Assembly (NCBI GenBank): GCA_963745035.1
Contig: CAVUVW010000013.1
Span: 1,696,001-1,760,000 of the forward strand
Direction: 5' to 3'
Length of the DNA: 64,000 bases
Source: an uncultured delta proteobacterium
Lineage (GTDB): Bacteria > Desulfobacterota > Binatia > UBA9968
Shown here: positions 17,932 through 28,084 of the stretch, piece by piece
Numbering within the stretch: the stretch's first letter is position 1
Layout: each line of letters begins with the position of its first letter
Notes under the pieces: model-generated
The model's input: the letters and a program-made list of their open reading frames with translations, nothing else
Database searches by the model: none
Told to the model about the DNA's origin: nothing
Program-made: the position numbers and the translations under genes

Positions 17932-20721
17932 AGCTGGATCCTCTGGATGACCATTCCCGCCGCTTCGCGCAATACTACATGTTCAGAATTCAGGAGCTCA
18001 GAGACTTTGTCACGAAAGCCTTTCAGTTCTCTGAGTCCGATCTCCCAGACCGTTGCCGCCGCCAGCCACATGTCGCTTTGATCGAGCAGGGCACGCAATG
18101 CGGCGTCGGCGTCCATGTCATCGATCTCGAGGAAGTCCAAAAAAACTTCGAGGCGCTGATCGTGCTCGTCGTCGCTAAAAAGCGGGAAGACGTACCGCTT
18201 GATGTTTCCGGTAAGCAGATTATCGAGAAGCTCGATCGCGCGAGCGCGGTCAGTCGGATCTTCGGAGCTCAAGGCGGCCCGGGCACGGCGAATATCTTCG
18301 GGCGGGTAAACAAGGGAAAGAAGCCACAGGGCTCTTTCCTTCACGCGCTCCATGCTGTCCGTGAGCGCCTGGAACAGGAGCGATCCGTCCGGCAGCGCTT
18401 TTTCCCGCAGACCAAAAAGGGCAGAGAAAATTGCGAACCTTCGGGAGTAGAGCATCACGTCGGAGATCATCGCGCTCTCGATCATCTCGCGGTCCACTTT
18501 GAGACCTGTGAATCGGCGCGCCATCTCTTCGAGGGCAAGAATGACCTTGAAACGGATCGAGCGGTCTTCCTCCAGCAGCCCGCCCAAGAGCGCATTCATC
18601 GCCGCCTGCGAATGAATCTTGCTGAGAGTTCGCGGGATATTAAGCCGTACATCACGGGAATCACCGGCATCGGAGAGCGCGCGGCGTAAATCCTCGACGG
18701 CAATCTCCCCATACTCGATCAAAGCGTCGCGCGCCTGGACTTTCGTAGCGTTATCACCAAGGCGCGAGATGATGTCTTGAAGGACTCCGGGATATTTTCC
18801 CTTGCCTGCGGCAGCCATCGCCGCATGAACCACTGGATAGGACGGGTCGTCCCTGATCAAGCGCGCCAAGTGGGCGGGAAATTCCGGGTCATCAACCTCG
18901 CCGGCAAGCCTGGCGGCTTCGACACGGCTCTTTTCTCCGTCGGCGCCGCGGTCGTTGATCATTTCGCGAAAGGCGCTCGCGGCGGCGGCGCGCGCGTCCG
19001 GGTCGCCATAGCGCAGCAGACACTCCAGGACCCGTCTTTTGACGAGGGGGTCGGAGCTCGCGAGATGCGGGCGGGTAATGGGTATCGCAGGCTTTCTTGA
19101 AAATGGCACCGGCCGCGCTGATCGCCTCCGCCTGGACCTCGCCGTTTTGGTCCTGCAGCATCTGGGTTATCTCTTTCAGGGTGGCAGGATCCGGGCGCAG
19201 CGAAAAAAGTTTGATCGCTCGCCTCCTGACCGCAGGAGACGGGTGGCGGAGCAGGCCGCGCGACAGGCGCGGCACAACGACCTTCGGATCCAATTTCTCC
19301 GCGAGCTCCAGACCGAAAACGACGGACTGCTCCTCCTTTTCCTCCAGGGTCTTCAATACCGCTGCAACCGTTCGCCTGTCGGCATAATCGATGCGCGTTT
19401 CATCCAGGGATATTTCACGGTAGCGCAAACTCTTCCGCAGCGCTTCCACGTAGCCTCCTTGCACCAGGAAAACCGCCGCGGCCCAGATAAAAATGAGCCC
19501 GAGACAAAAATAGCTGAGGACCCTAACGTCGGATCCTCCCAGGAAGAGCATGTAGAAAAGAATCAGCAAAGCTGCGGTGCCATCTCCCAGCCGCTCCACC
19601 GTGACGTCGAGAAAGACCTTGACCTTCTTCCTTATGAAATCGGGGATGGGTAGATAGAGAATCTCGACCCCGCTGCGATTGACGCTCGTGCGCAGGGACG
19701 CTTCGGCCAGCCGCGTCGCTGTCGCCGTATAGAGGCCCGGCCAGGCCAAGAAGCTTACCGATCCCGCAACGAGCGCTAAAGGCAGAAGAAGCAGGCTCGG
19801 GGTTAGACCCAAACCCATCAGGAGCCTGCCGGTCAGGCCCACCTGGGCCACGAAGGTGACGACGCTCAGCCAGACGTAGTAAGAACCGAAGAACACCGCC
19901 AAGGCATCCGTTGACAGATACGCTTCCTTCGCCGCCGCCTTGAACTGATAGTCGATCAAAGTCGAAACTATGACCGAGACAAAGATAAGCACCGCAATCG
20001 ACTGGAGGTAGCGCGAGTTGCGCAGCGTCTCGACCACGCCAGCGGCGTCCCGCGCCTTGCTTTCGTTCGCCGGCACCTCTTCCCTGGGGTTTGCCGCTCG
20101 GTCCTTGTCCCGTTCACGACGCGCGAACCACACCACAGTAAAAGCGCCGGCGAATAAAGCCACGATGAGCCACAACAGATGTTTTGTCCCGAAGAGAAAA
20201 TTAACCGCCCAATTGGCGCCCAACGCCCCCGCTATGCCGCCCAGCGTTCCCCCCGCCGTGAGAATGCCGAAAAGGCGTTTACCCTCGCGCGGATTGAACA
20301 TGGCGTTGGCCAATGTCCAGAATTGCGCCACAACCACGAGACCCACGATGGCCGACCACACGTAAAAGGCGTAGAGCACCCAGGGGAAATCGTAGAAGGC
20401 GATGAGCAGCCAGAAAATAACTAGATTGGAGATGATGAACGCGTGCGAGCCGAGGATCACTCGCGAGAGCGACAGCCTCGCTGTGTAGCGAGCATAGAGG
20501 CTCAGCATCACGCCGGCGAGAACGCCGGCCAAGAGATAAACGTACGCGAGCTCGGTTATCGGAAACCGGTTAAGAAACAGAGAATCCCTGACGATTTTGA
20601 TAACGTTGTTGGCCGCCAGCAAGAAAAATAGCAAAGCCGCCATGAACCCGATGCGCTTGGCATCGCCGGGACCGACGTCAGTGAGCTTCCAGAAATTGAT
20701 CTTCAAAGAGGCAAACGACAT
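17928..20721 (-). CDS. Npt1/Npt2 (TLC) nucleotide-transporter-like MFS protein fused to HEAT repeats; frameshift near 19090
   Basis: VRDSLFL, QFWTLAN, REGKRLF, DYQFK, EILYLPIP..RKKVK.F.D in the TM part; HEAT repeats and RARAIELLDN in the second frame. Confidence 0.85.
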
Positions 20722-20939
20722 GTCTCATTCACGGTGAGTCTCTGATTCCGCTGTCGTTCAACCCGGCATAGAGCTCAGACCGTAGCCCGGCGTTGTAGCT
20801 ACACGCTACCACAAGCACACCTAGGAATTCTCCTGGATCGTTTTTCTTTGTAAATTTTATAGCCCACCCGCGCAAGGCTCACTGGCGGGAAGTCCGATGG
20901 GAACACCAATAGAGATTAAGCGAACAGTCGACCCATTGA

Positions 20940-21152
20940 CCGGCTTGATGTTTGACGTTTTGAACGGACCCCGGACTCGATCCGCGGGATTGAGCGGCTT
21001 GAACGTTTTGAACGATTCTCATTTACGTTGAACTTTTGAACCTGTTGAACCGCCGCTAGGCATTGAGCGGCTTGAACATTTCTTACTGTTGCCTGTTGCC
21101 TCAGCGTGCCTGTTGCCTATTCCGTTGCCTGTTGCCTATTTGAGTTGCCTAT
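20940..21152 (+). repeat. TTGAAC blocks followed by a long CTGTTGC block
   Basis: Multiple ttgaac units, then tcttactgttgcctgttgcctcagcgtgcctgttgcctattccgttgcctgttgcctatt. Confidence 0.85.
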
Positions 21153-22385
21153 TTTTGAATGGTCTCTCTTACGGAAAAAGCCAACAGCATCGCGGTGGCG
21201 AGCGAGCACAAACCGATCATCGCGAATGAAACGGTGTAGCCCATATGCTCGGCGACAAAGCCGAACAGCGCCGGGCTCACCAGGCCGCCGATCTCGCCGA
21301 TCAAGCGCCAGAAACCGAAGAAGCGCCCGCGCGCGTGGGCCGGCGCCATGTCCGAGCCGAGCACCTGCATGCTCCCGGACGTAACCGCGTGGCTGGCATG
21401 CATCCAGAGAAAAGCGCCGGTAAAAATCGCCAGGCCCCAATGCCAGTGCGCGCTCGCCGCGAGAAAAAATAATCCGAGCGCCATGAACACAAAGCCGGGC
21501 ACCATCGTCGTCTTGCGGCCGAAGCGGTCCATCAGATAGCCGCACGATAGCGTGATCGGGATGCCGACGATCGTGCTCATGGTCGCCAAGCCGCCTAAGC
21601 CGCCCGCCCCGACATCGTAAGCAAAGGTCGCGTAGAGCAGCAAGCGTGCCGCCCCAGAGCACGCCGCGGGTCATCGACGCGAAGAACTGGGCGCAGAGAA
21701 AACCGCGGTACCTGGCGTCGAGCATCATGGCAATCAAGGCTTTGGTGCTGAGCTGATCGTCGGTTTTTTTGCCGGCGCTACTCGTTTCGGGCGGCGCGGA
21801 TTCGCGGACGAGAAAAAGACTCGGCGTAATCGCCAGCAGCGCGAGCACGCCGTGGGCGAGAAACGGCAGCCGGATACTCCACGCCGCCAGCAGTCCGCCG
21901 AGCGCAGGGCCGATCAGCCGGCCGGCGCCCTCGGTGCCGACCATGCCGCTCATCTGCCGGCCGCGCTGCCGGCGCTTGCCGACGTCGGCGATGATCGCGA
22001 GCCTGGACTGACGCCACATTTCCATGGCCGCGCCGCCGATCAAACGATAAATTAAAAGCTCGGTGAACGAGTGCGCCACGGCGATGAGACAAGACGACGC
22101 CGCCACCAGCACGGGCCCGGCAATGAGAATCGGGCGGCGGCCGATGCGATCGACGAGAAAGCCGGTCGGCACGGCGGCGACCAGCCCGCCCAGGGCATGC
22201 ACGACGATCACCAAGGAAGCGACGCCGAAGCCGGTGTCGAAGGATTTCGCAAATACCGGTATCGCCGGCGTGGCGATGCTTTGGCCCAGCGCAAAGACGA
22301 ACGCCGGAAGATAGAGAGTCAAAAGCTGGTAGGAAGAAAAGAAACCGTCGTTCTCGTGCGGCTGTGAATCCTTCGGCGGAGCCAT
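21149..22385 (-). CDS. MFS transporter; frameshift near 21642
   Basis: G.LVDRIGRR and GYLMDRFGRK motif A copies in the two halves; ARGRFFG. Confidence 0.85.
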
Positions 22386-22549
22386 ACTGGTACGCGACGC
22401 TGTTCCCAGTATGAAGCGGTCAGCGGGAAAGCCTCGTTGATTCCCCTCGTCGACTTAGCTGTGCAACTCGAGAATCAAGCATATAGTTCGATCCCCGCGC
22501 CGCGTCAATCCGAAGCAGGCCGGTTGCGCTCTATCGTTTTGGCTCTGTA

Positions 22550-22668
22550 ACGCCTTGAACGGACCAGCTTTACATCGAACGACTGTTGAACGATTGAATG
22601 ACGCAGTATCCGAACCCGTTGAACCCTTGAACGTTTGAACGGTTGAACAGCCCATTTCGGTTGAACCG
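22550..22668 (+). repeat. TTGAAC block
   Basis: gttgaacccttgaacgtttgaacggttgaac and neighbouring units. Confidence 0.8.
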
Positions 22669-22789
22669 GTTGACAGTAGCCTCGGGCTCGTAATAGCTAC
22701 AAAGACTACGGGCAGTGCACGACCTCGAAGATCTTCTCGATCAGCTGGAGATCAAGAAGTTTTAACTGTCTGTTGAAAAACCTGATTGC

Positions 22790-22942
22790 AGGCTGTTCAA
22801 AAAGTCCAGATGCGAGACGCGCATGGACCGTGATCGTGTCCGTGAAACGTGATCGAGAAGACCGCACGAACACGCTACACGAACACGAATTCGAGCGAGG
22901 CGATCGAGCGCAACGAAGCAGATGGGCCTTTTTCAACAGCCT
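22790..22942. mobile_element. MITE-like element with terminal inverted repeats AGGCTGTTCAAAAA / TTTTTCAACAGCCT, copy 1
   Basis: Arms shared with 36915-37080; core of inverted CGTGAT/CACGAA hexamer repeats. Confidence 0.65.
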
Positions 22943-22967
22943 ATTAACTGTCTTGCAAGGAGAACCC

Positions 22968-24089
22968 ATGATCGAACCCTATAACGTCGCGTGCATTCAG
23001 ACGACCATCCGCCAAGTTCGGGACCCTGCGACCCGGGATGAAGCGATCCGGGAAAATCTGTATCGCAGCATCTCGCTGATGGAATACGCATCGATTCGCT
23101 TTGGCCAGCCGAAGCTGGTGGTCTTGCCGGAATTTTATCTTACCGGCGCAGATCATCTGAATCGTACCATCGAGCAATGGACCAAAGTCGGTGTCCGCCT
23201 TCCCGGTCCGGAGACCGACGCGCTGGGGAAAGCGGCGCAGCAGTTCAAAATGTACATCGCCGGCGGCACCATGGAATACGACCCCGAGTGGCCGGATCGC
23301 TGGTTCAACAGCGCCTTTATCATTGGGCCCAATGGTGACTTGATCCTGCGCTACCGCAAGCACAATGGGGCCGACGTTCAAGGCCATACCACCTATTCGA
23401 CGCCGGCCGGCTGCCACACCGACTATGTGGCGAAATATGGCGAGGACGGTCTTTTTCCCGTCGTCGATACGCCCATCGGCAAGCTCGGCTGTCTTCTCTG
23501 CTACGACATGAATTTTCCCGAAGTGGCTCGCGCGCTCGCTCTCGGAGGCGCGGAAGTGTTGATCTACCCGACCGGCGAGCCTTATGGACCGCATCGCGAC
23601 GCCTGGGAGTGTTCGCGCCGCACTCGGGCGTATGAAAACTGCGCCTATATCATCTCGGTGAATCACGGCGCCTACGTCGGCCCGGTCGGCGAAAAGGATT
23701 TCGCCGATTCTCCCAATTTCATTTTTCAGGAACGGCGCGAAGGAGAAATCTCGCCGGTATTCCGCTCTCACGGCCACTCGGAAATCGTCAGTTACGAAGG
23801 GCGGGTGGTCACGGTCGTCAACGGGCCCGGCGAGGGAATCGCCCAGGCGACTATCGATATCGAGGCGCTGCGCGAGCGCCGCGCTCTAGTGAAGAACAAT
23901 ACTCTCGCGCAGCTTCGCTCCTCCCTCTATGCGGAAACCTACGAGAAGATCAACGCCTTTCCGCTGGATCATTGGCGGAGCAAAGCGATTCAGAATCGCC
24001 GCGAAGGCGCCGATGCGACGAAATCGGTGATCGAGCGTTTCGTGGCCGACAAGGTTTATGTCTCTCCCCAGAGCGATTCAGCGGCTTGA
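22968..24089 (+). CDS. Nitrilase-related carbon-nitrogen hydrolase with intact E-K-C triad
   Basis: LPE, FNSAFII, YRK, LCYD and RAYEN motifs; AAGGAG RBS. Confidence 0.9.
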   Translation: MIEPYNVACIQTTIRQVRDPATRDEAIRENLYRSISLMEYASIRFGQPKLVVLPEFYLTGADHLNRTIEQWTKVGVRLPGPETDALGKAAQQFKMYIAGGTMEYDPEWPDRWFNSAFIIGPNGDLILRYRKHNGADVQGHTTYSTPAGCHTDYVAKYGEDGLFPVVDTPIGKLGCLLCYDMNFPEVARALALGGAEVLIYPTGEPYGPHRDAWECSRRTRAYENCAYIISVNHGAYVGPVGEKDFADSPNFIFQERREGEISPVFRSHGHSEIVSYEGRVVTVVNGPGEGIAQATIDIEALRERRALVKNNTLAQLRSSLYAETYEKINAFPLDHWRSKAIQNRREGADATKSVIERFVADKVYVSPQSDSAA

Positions 24090-24100
24090 AAGGAACAGCG

Positions 24101-25126
24101 ATGAGCGAATCCAGCTATGTCATGAGTTGTCTTCAATGTGAAATTTCCGTGATCCAGGATCCTGCCGACAAAGACAGACTCCTCAAGAAAAATCTTGAGC
24201 GGAGCCTGGAATTGGCCGGCTATGCCGTAGCCACCGAGGAAAGCCGTTTATTAATTCTACCCGAGGGCTGGCTCCAAGGGTTTGTGCCCAATCGCACGGT
24301 CGCCGATTGGTTGAAGGTCTGCATCCAAATCCCGGGGCCGGAAACGGATGTATTGGGAGATTTCTGCCGCCGTCACAACACCTATCTCGCCGGCGCCGCC
24401 TTCGAGAAAAGCGACGCCTGGCCAGATCGATTTTTCAATACGGCTTTTATCGTCGGGCCGTCCGGTAAGGTCGAGCTCAAATATCGCCAGCTCAACCCCG
24501 AGACTCTCAACGGACTCCTGCCGGTGACGAGTCCGGCGGACATGCTGAATGAGTACGCGCACAAAGAAGGCGAGTCGCCGCTTTTCCCCGTGCTCGACAC
24601 GCCGCTTGGCCGCCTGGCCTGCATGGTCGGCAACGATCTTAACTTTTTTGAGCACATGAGGACCTTGGTGCTGCGCGGCGCGGAGGTTGTCCTGCATCTA
24701 ACCGCGGAGACCACCGCCGCGGCCTTTCCGGTATGGGAAGACATGCGCCGCGCGCGCGCATACGAGAACGTCGCCTACTTTGCATCGGTCAATAACGGCG
24801 GCTGCCTCGGCAGCGGCGCCCCGCGGATGCGCTCTCGCGGTCACAGTGAAATTATCAACTACGAGGGCAAGCCTTTGGCGAGCGCCGACTCGGCCGGAGA
24901 AACGGCCATCCATGCGACGCTGTCGGTGCAGCGCCTGCGCCATCGCCGCATGCAGGTGCGCATGAATTTTCCGGCCCAGTCGAAGATCAAGATGTACGGG
25001 CCGATGTATCGCCGTGCGGAGCGCGTTCCGAACAATGCCTGGGGCGCACGGCCGATCATGTCTGCCACCGAGGGGCCCGAGCTGGTCCGCAAAGTCATCA
25101 AGAAAATGTCCGCCTCCACGCGGTAG
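24101..25126 (+). CDS. Nitrilase-family paralog with degenerate active site
   Basis: LPE, FNTAFIV and RAYEN retained; YRQ replaces YRK and VGND replaces .CYD. Confidence 0.85.
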   Translation: MSESSYVMSCLQCEISVIQDPADKDRLLKKNLERSLELAGYAVATEESRLLILPEGWLQGFVPNRTVADWLKVCIQIPGPETDVLGDFCRRHNTYLAGAAFEKSDAWPDRFFNTAFIVGPSGKVELKYRQLNPETLNGLLPVTSPADMLNEYAHKEGESPLFPVLDTPLGRLACMVGNDLNFFEHMRTLVLRGAEVVLHLTAETTAAAFPVWEDMRRARAYENVAYFASVNNGGCLGSGAPRMRSRGHSEIINYEGKPLASADSAGETAIHATLSVQRLRHRRMQVRMNFPAQSKIKMYGPMYRRAERVPNNAWGARPIMSATEGPELVRKVIKKMSASTR

Positions 25127-25146
25127 GCGCCGCACACAGGGAGATT

Positions 25147-26145
25147 ATGCGTAGATTGTTTTGGGCGATACTGGTCTGGGTTTTCTTTGCCGCCTCCGCC
25201 TCGGCGCAGCCGGTCAAAGTCAACGTGGCTTACGGCGGCGCCGGAGGAGATCCGTTGCCGGTCATCGTTGGCAAGGAAGCGCGCCTCTTCGAGCAAAACG
25301 GACTCGACGCGAAACTCATCTACTTCACGGGCGGCACCACCAGCGTGCTCGCGTTGATTTCCGGAGACGTTCAGATCGGCCAGGTCGCCGGGCCCTCGGT
25401 GGTGAACAGCGCCATCGGCGGGTCCGACCTGGTCATGGTCGCAGGGGGAATCACGTCGCTCAGCTACTGGATCATGGGCCGCTCGGATGTCAAAACTCCG
25501 GACCAGCTGCGCGGCGGATCGCTCGCCATCAGCCGTTTCGGCTCGGCGACGGACTTCATCGCGCGCTTCGCTTTGCCCAAGCTCGGCTTAACTCCCGGAA
25601 AGGACGTCGCGATCGTCCAGATCGGCGATAGTCCTTCCCGTTTGGGCGCGCTGCTAAACGGCCGAGTCCATGGCGCCGTGCTCGGCTCCCTGCCGGGGGC
25701 CATGGCGCAAAGAAAAGGCATGCACATTCTCGCCGATGTCGCCAAGATGGGGCTCGTGATCCAACACACCGGTGTGGCGACCACGAGAAAAATGATCAAG
25801 GAAAACCGCGAGCTCGTGAAGCGATACGTCAAGACTCAGGTTGACGCCGTGCACCGCATTTGGACCGACAGAGACGGGACGATGAATGCCTTCTTGAAGC
25901 ACGCGGGCAGCACCGCCGAGCGCGACCTGCTGGAAAAAATCCGCGAGAGTCTTCTTAACGAAGCCATGCTTTCCAAAAAGCAGTACCCTTCGATCCCGGG
26001 GATCAAAACGATCTTGACTTCCCTCGCCGAGATCGACCCGAGGGCGCGTTCCGCCAAGCCGGAGGATTTCGTCGACTTGAGCTTCATCCGCGAGTTGGAT
26101 CAAAGCGGCTATATCGATCGGCTGTACGCCGGCCAGTCGAAATAA
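25147..26145 (+). CDS. ABC substrate-binding protein, NMT1/THI5-like
   Basis: Signal peptide; LFEQNGLD, ALISGD, SRFGSATD, GLTPGKDV and PEDFVD.SF..ELD.SG motifs. Confidence 0.88.
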   Translation: MRRLFWAILVWVFFAASASAQPVKVNVAYGGAGGDPLPVIVGKEARLFEQNGLDAKLIYFTGGTTSVLALISGDVQIGQVAGPSVVNSAIGGSDLVMVAGGITSLSYWIMGRSDVKTPDQLRGGSLAISRFGSATDFIARFALPKLGLTPGKDVAIVQIGDSPSRLGALLNGRVHGAVLGSLPGAMAQRKGMHILADVAKMGLVIQHTGVATTRKMIKENRELVKRYVKTQVDAVHRIWTDRDGTMNAFLKHAGSTAERDLLEKIRESLLNEAMLSKKQYPSIPGIKTILTSLAEIDPRARSAKPEDFVDLSFIRELDQSGYIDRLYAGQSK

Positions 26146-26162
26146 AGCGCCGGAGAAAAGTC

Positions 26163-27173
26163 ATGTCCGACGCAGGCAGCGCGAGCCCGACCATTATCCT
26201 TTATCCTTTTGCCTTTATCCTTCCGAGGCTCCGCTTACGCCTCGCGCCTGTTGCCTTAACGTTTCTTTTGCCATTGATCGTGCACTCAACGGCGCGCGCC
26301 GCAGATCGCTACACGATTCACACCTCCGGGCTCAACAGCAGCGTGTATGTCAACATGCTGTACTTCGCCAACCTGGTGAACCGCTATGCGAGCGATTTTA
26401 CCCTGATCACTCTCCCTTCCGAAGGCGGTCCGACGAATATGATTTCAGTCAACGACGGCAAGGCCTCGTTCGGCACGACCACCGCCGAGTCCGTCAAGGC
26501 CGCTTACGAAGGGTCGGGGGATTTCCGCGGCAAGCCGCAAAAAAGGATCCGCCATGTCGCCAGCTTCGGTTTTAGCCTCATGTTCATTTACACCCATCCC
26601 GATTCTCCCGTTCAATCGATCTCCCAGCTCAAAGGAAAGAAAATCGTCTATGGCGGCGGCACCGGTTCGGCGCTGCTGGGAAAACAGATTCTCGATCTTT
26701 ACGGTCTCGCCAATGACGTGGCCGCGACCAGAGGCGACACGGAGAAGGCGCGCGCGGCGCTCGCACGCAAGGAGATCGACGCGGTGTTCACCATCGCCCG
26801 GCTGCCTGTCCCGGCGTACACCGACATGATCAACGGCAATACATTGAAGCTCTTGCCGGTCGAACCGGACAAGATCAAAGCGTTACAGAAAGAATCGCCG
26901 CTTTATAACGAAGTGGATATCCGTGACTTCTATCCGAAGTATCGTGTCGCGACCAAAGCGGTCGGCCTTCCCGGCCCGCTGGTCACGCGAGACGACATGA
27001 ATGAAAAGGTCGTTTATCAAATGCTCAAGATCGTCTACTCCAACATGGACGAGCTTCAGAAGATGAACGAAGGGTTTACCGGCGATTCAGCCGGGACTGG
27101 ATTGCGCGGCCTCACCATCCCGCTCCATCCGGGAGCGGAAAGGTTTTTCACGGAACAGGGAATTGCGAAATGA
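26163..27173 (+). CDS. TAXI family TRAP transporter solute-binding subunit
   Basis: SEGGPTN, AYEG.G.F, LKGKK, VYQMLK and IPLHPGAERFF motifs. Confidence 0.88.
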   Translation: MSDAGSASPTIILYPFAFILPRLRLRLAPVALTFLLPLIVHSTARAADRYTIHTSGLNSSVYVNMLYFANLVNRYASDFTLITLPSEGGPTNMISVNDGKASFGTTTAESVKAAYEGSGDFRGKPQKRIRHVASFGFSLMFIYTHPDSPVQSISQLKGKKIVYGGGTGSALLGKQILDLYGLANDVAATRGDTEKARAALARKEIDAVFTIARLPVPAYTDMINGNTLKLLPVEPDKIKALQKESPLYNEVDIRDFYPKYRVATKAVGLPGPLVTRDDMNEKVVYQMLKIVYSNMDELQKMNEGFTGDSAGTGLRGLTIPLHPGAERFFTEQGIAK

Positions 27174-27364
27174 TCGAACTCCATTCGGCGCCTTGGTGGC
27201 GCTGGGCGCGCCCGGAGTTACTGATTGAAATAAACGCAACTGCGGTGATTTCAAAATAGCGTCCGCTCGCATGAGCGGGCGCAACTTTGAAAAAGCCTGA
27301 ATTTGATGTGCAATGATCGGCCTCATGCTGGATCGCTTTTTCGCCCCGCGATGGAGGTGCAGTC

Positions 27365-27892
27365 ATGTTTTCGCATCTGAGCAAGTTCAATCTTCAACAA
27401 TGGGTTGATGAGAACAGAAATCATTGGGGCCGGCGTCGGACCGTCTGGCAGGACTCGGATTTCATCACGGTAGTTCACCGCGGACCCAATCGCGGCAAAC
27501 AATTTCACATCAACGAAGGGGACGAGATTTTCTATCAGCTCGAAGGCGAGCTCAATTTTCACCACATCAATTCGTCCGGCAAGCGTGAAGTCCTGGTGCT
27601 TAAACCGGGCGAGATGTTTCTCCTGCCCGCCAATGTCCCTCACTCGCCGCGCCGGGAAGAAGGGTCTTGGACCTTGGTCGTCGAACGCAAGCGCCGGCAT
27701 GACGAAGTCGATCGCTGGGTGTGGTTTTGCGAAAACTGCGACAACAAGCTCTATGAGGCGCCCCCTCGATCAGGGGAGGGACCCAGCGATCAGGCAAACT
27801 CATCCGTGGAAGAGAGCAACCGAAAGCTTAAAACCGACCGTGCTCTTAGCACCTGCACGCGCTGTGGCGAAACGCTCCAACTAGAGGAATAG
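27365..27892 (+). CDS. nbaC: 3-hydroxyanthranilate 3,4-dioxygenase-like cupin
   Basis: GPN, FHINEGDEIFYQLEG, FLLPANVPHSPRR, VVERKR motifs; rubredoxin-like CENC...CTRC. Confidence 0.8.
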   Translation: MFSHLSKFNLQQWVDENRNHWGRRRTVWQDSDFITVVHRGPNRGKQFHINEGDEIFYQLEGELNFHHINSSGKREVLVLKPGEMFLLPANVPHSPRREEGSWTLVVERKRRHDEVDRWVWFCENCDNKLYEAPPRSGEGPSDQANSSVEESNRKLKTDRALSTCTRCGETLQLEE

Positions 27893-28084
27893 AGGAAACA
27901 AAATCTCACCCTTGCCCGACCCTCGCGAAATTCCGTCATGGAAGCGGCCCGGTGAGGTTGGGCCGTCGCGGTGCATCGCTCAGCAAGGCGATTTTGCAGG
28001 AAAGGGGATCACAAAGGGAGTGGGGCCTGCTTTTCTTTTCACTCCGCAGCCGACCCCGGCGGCACCGCTAAGGAGCATAAGAAT

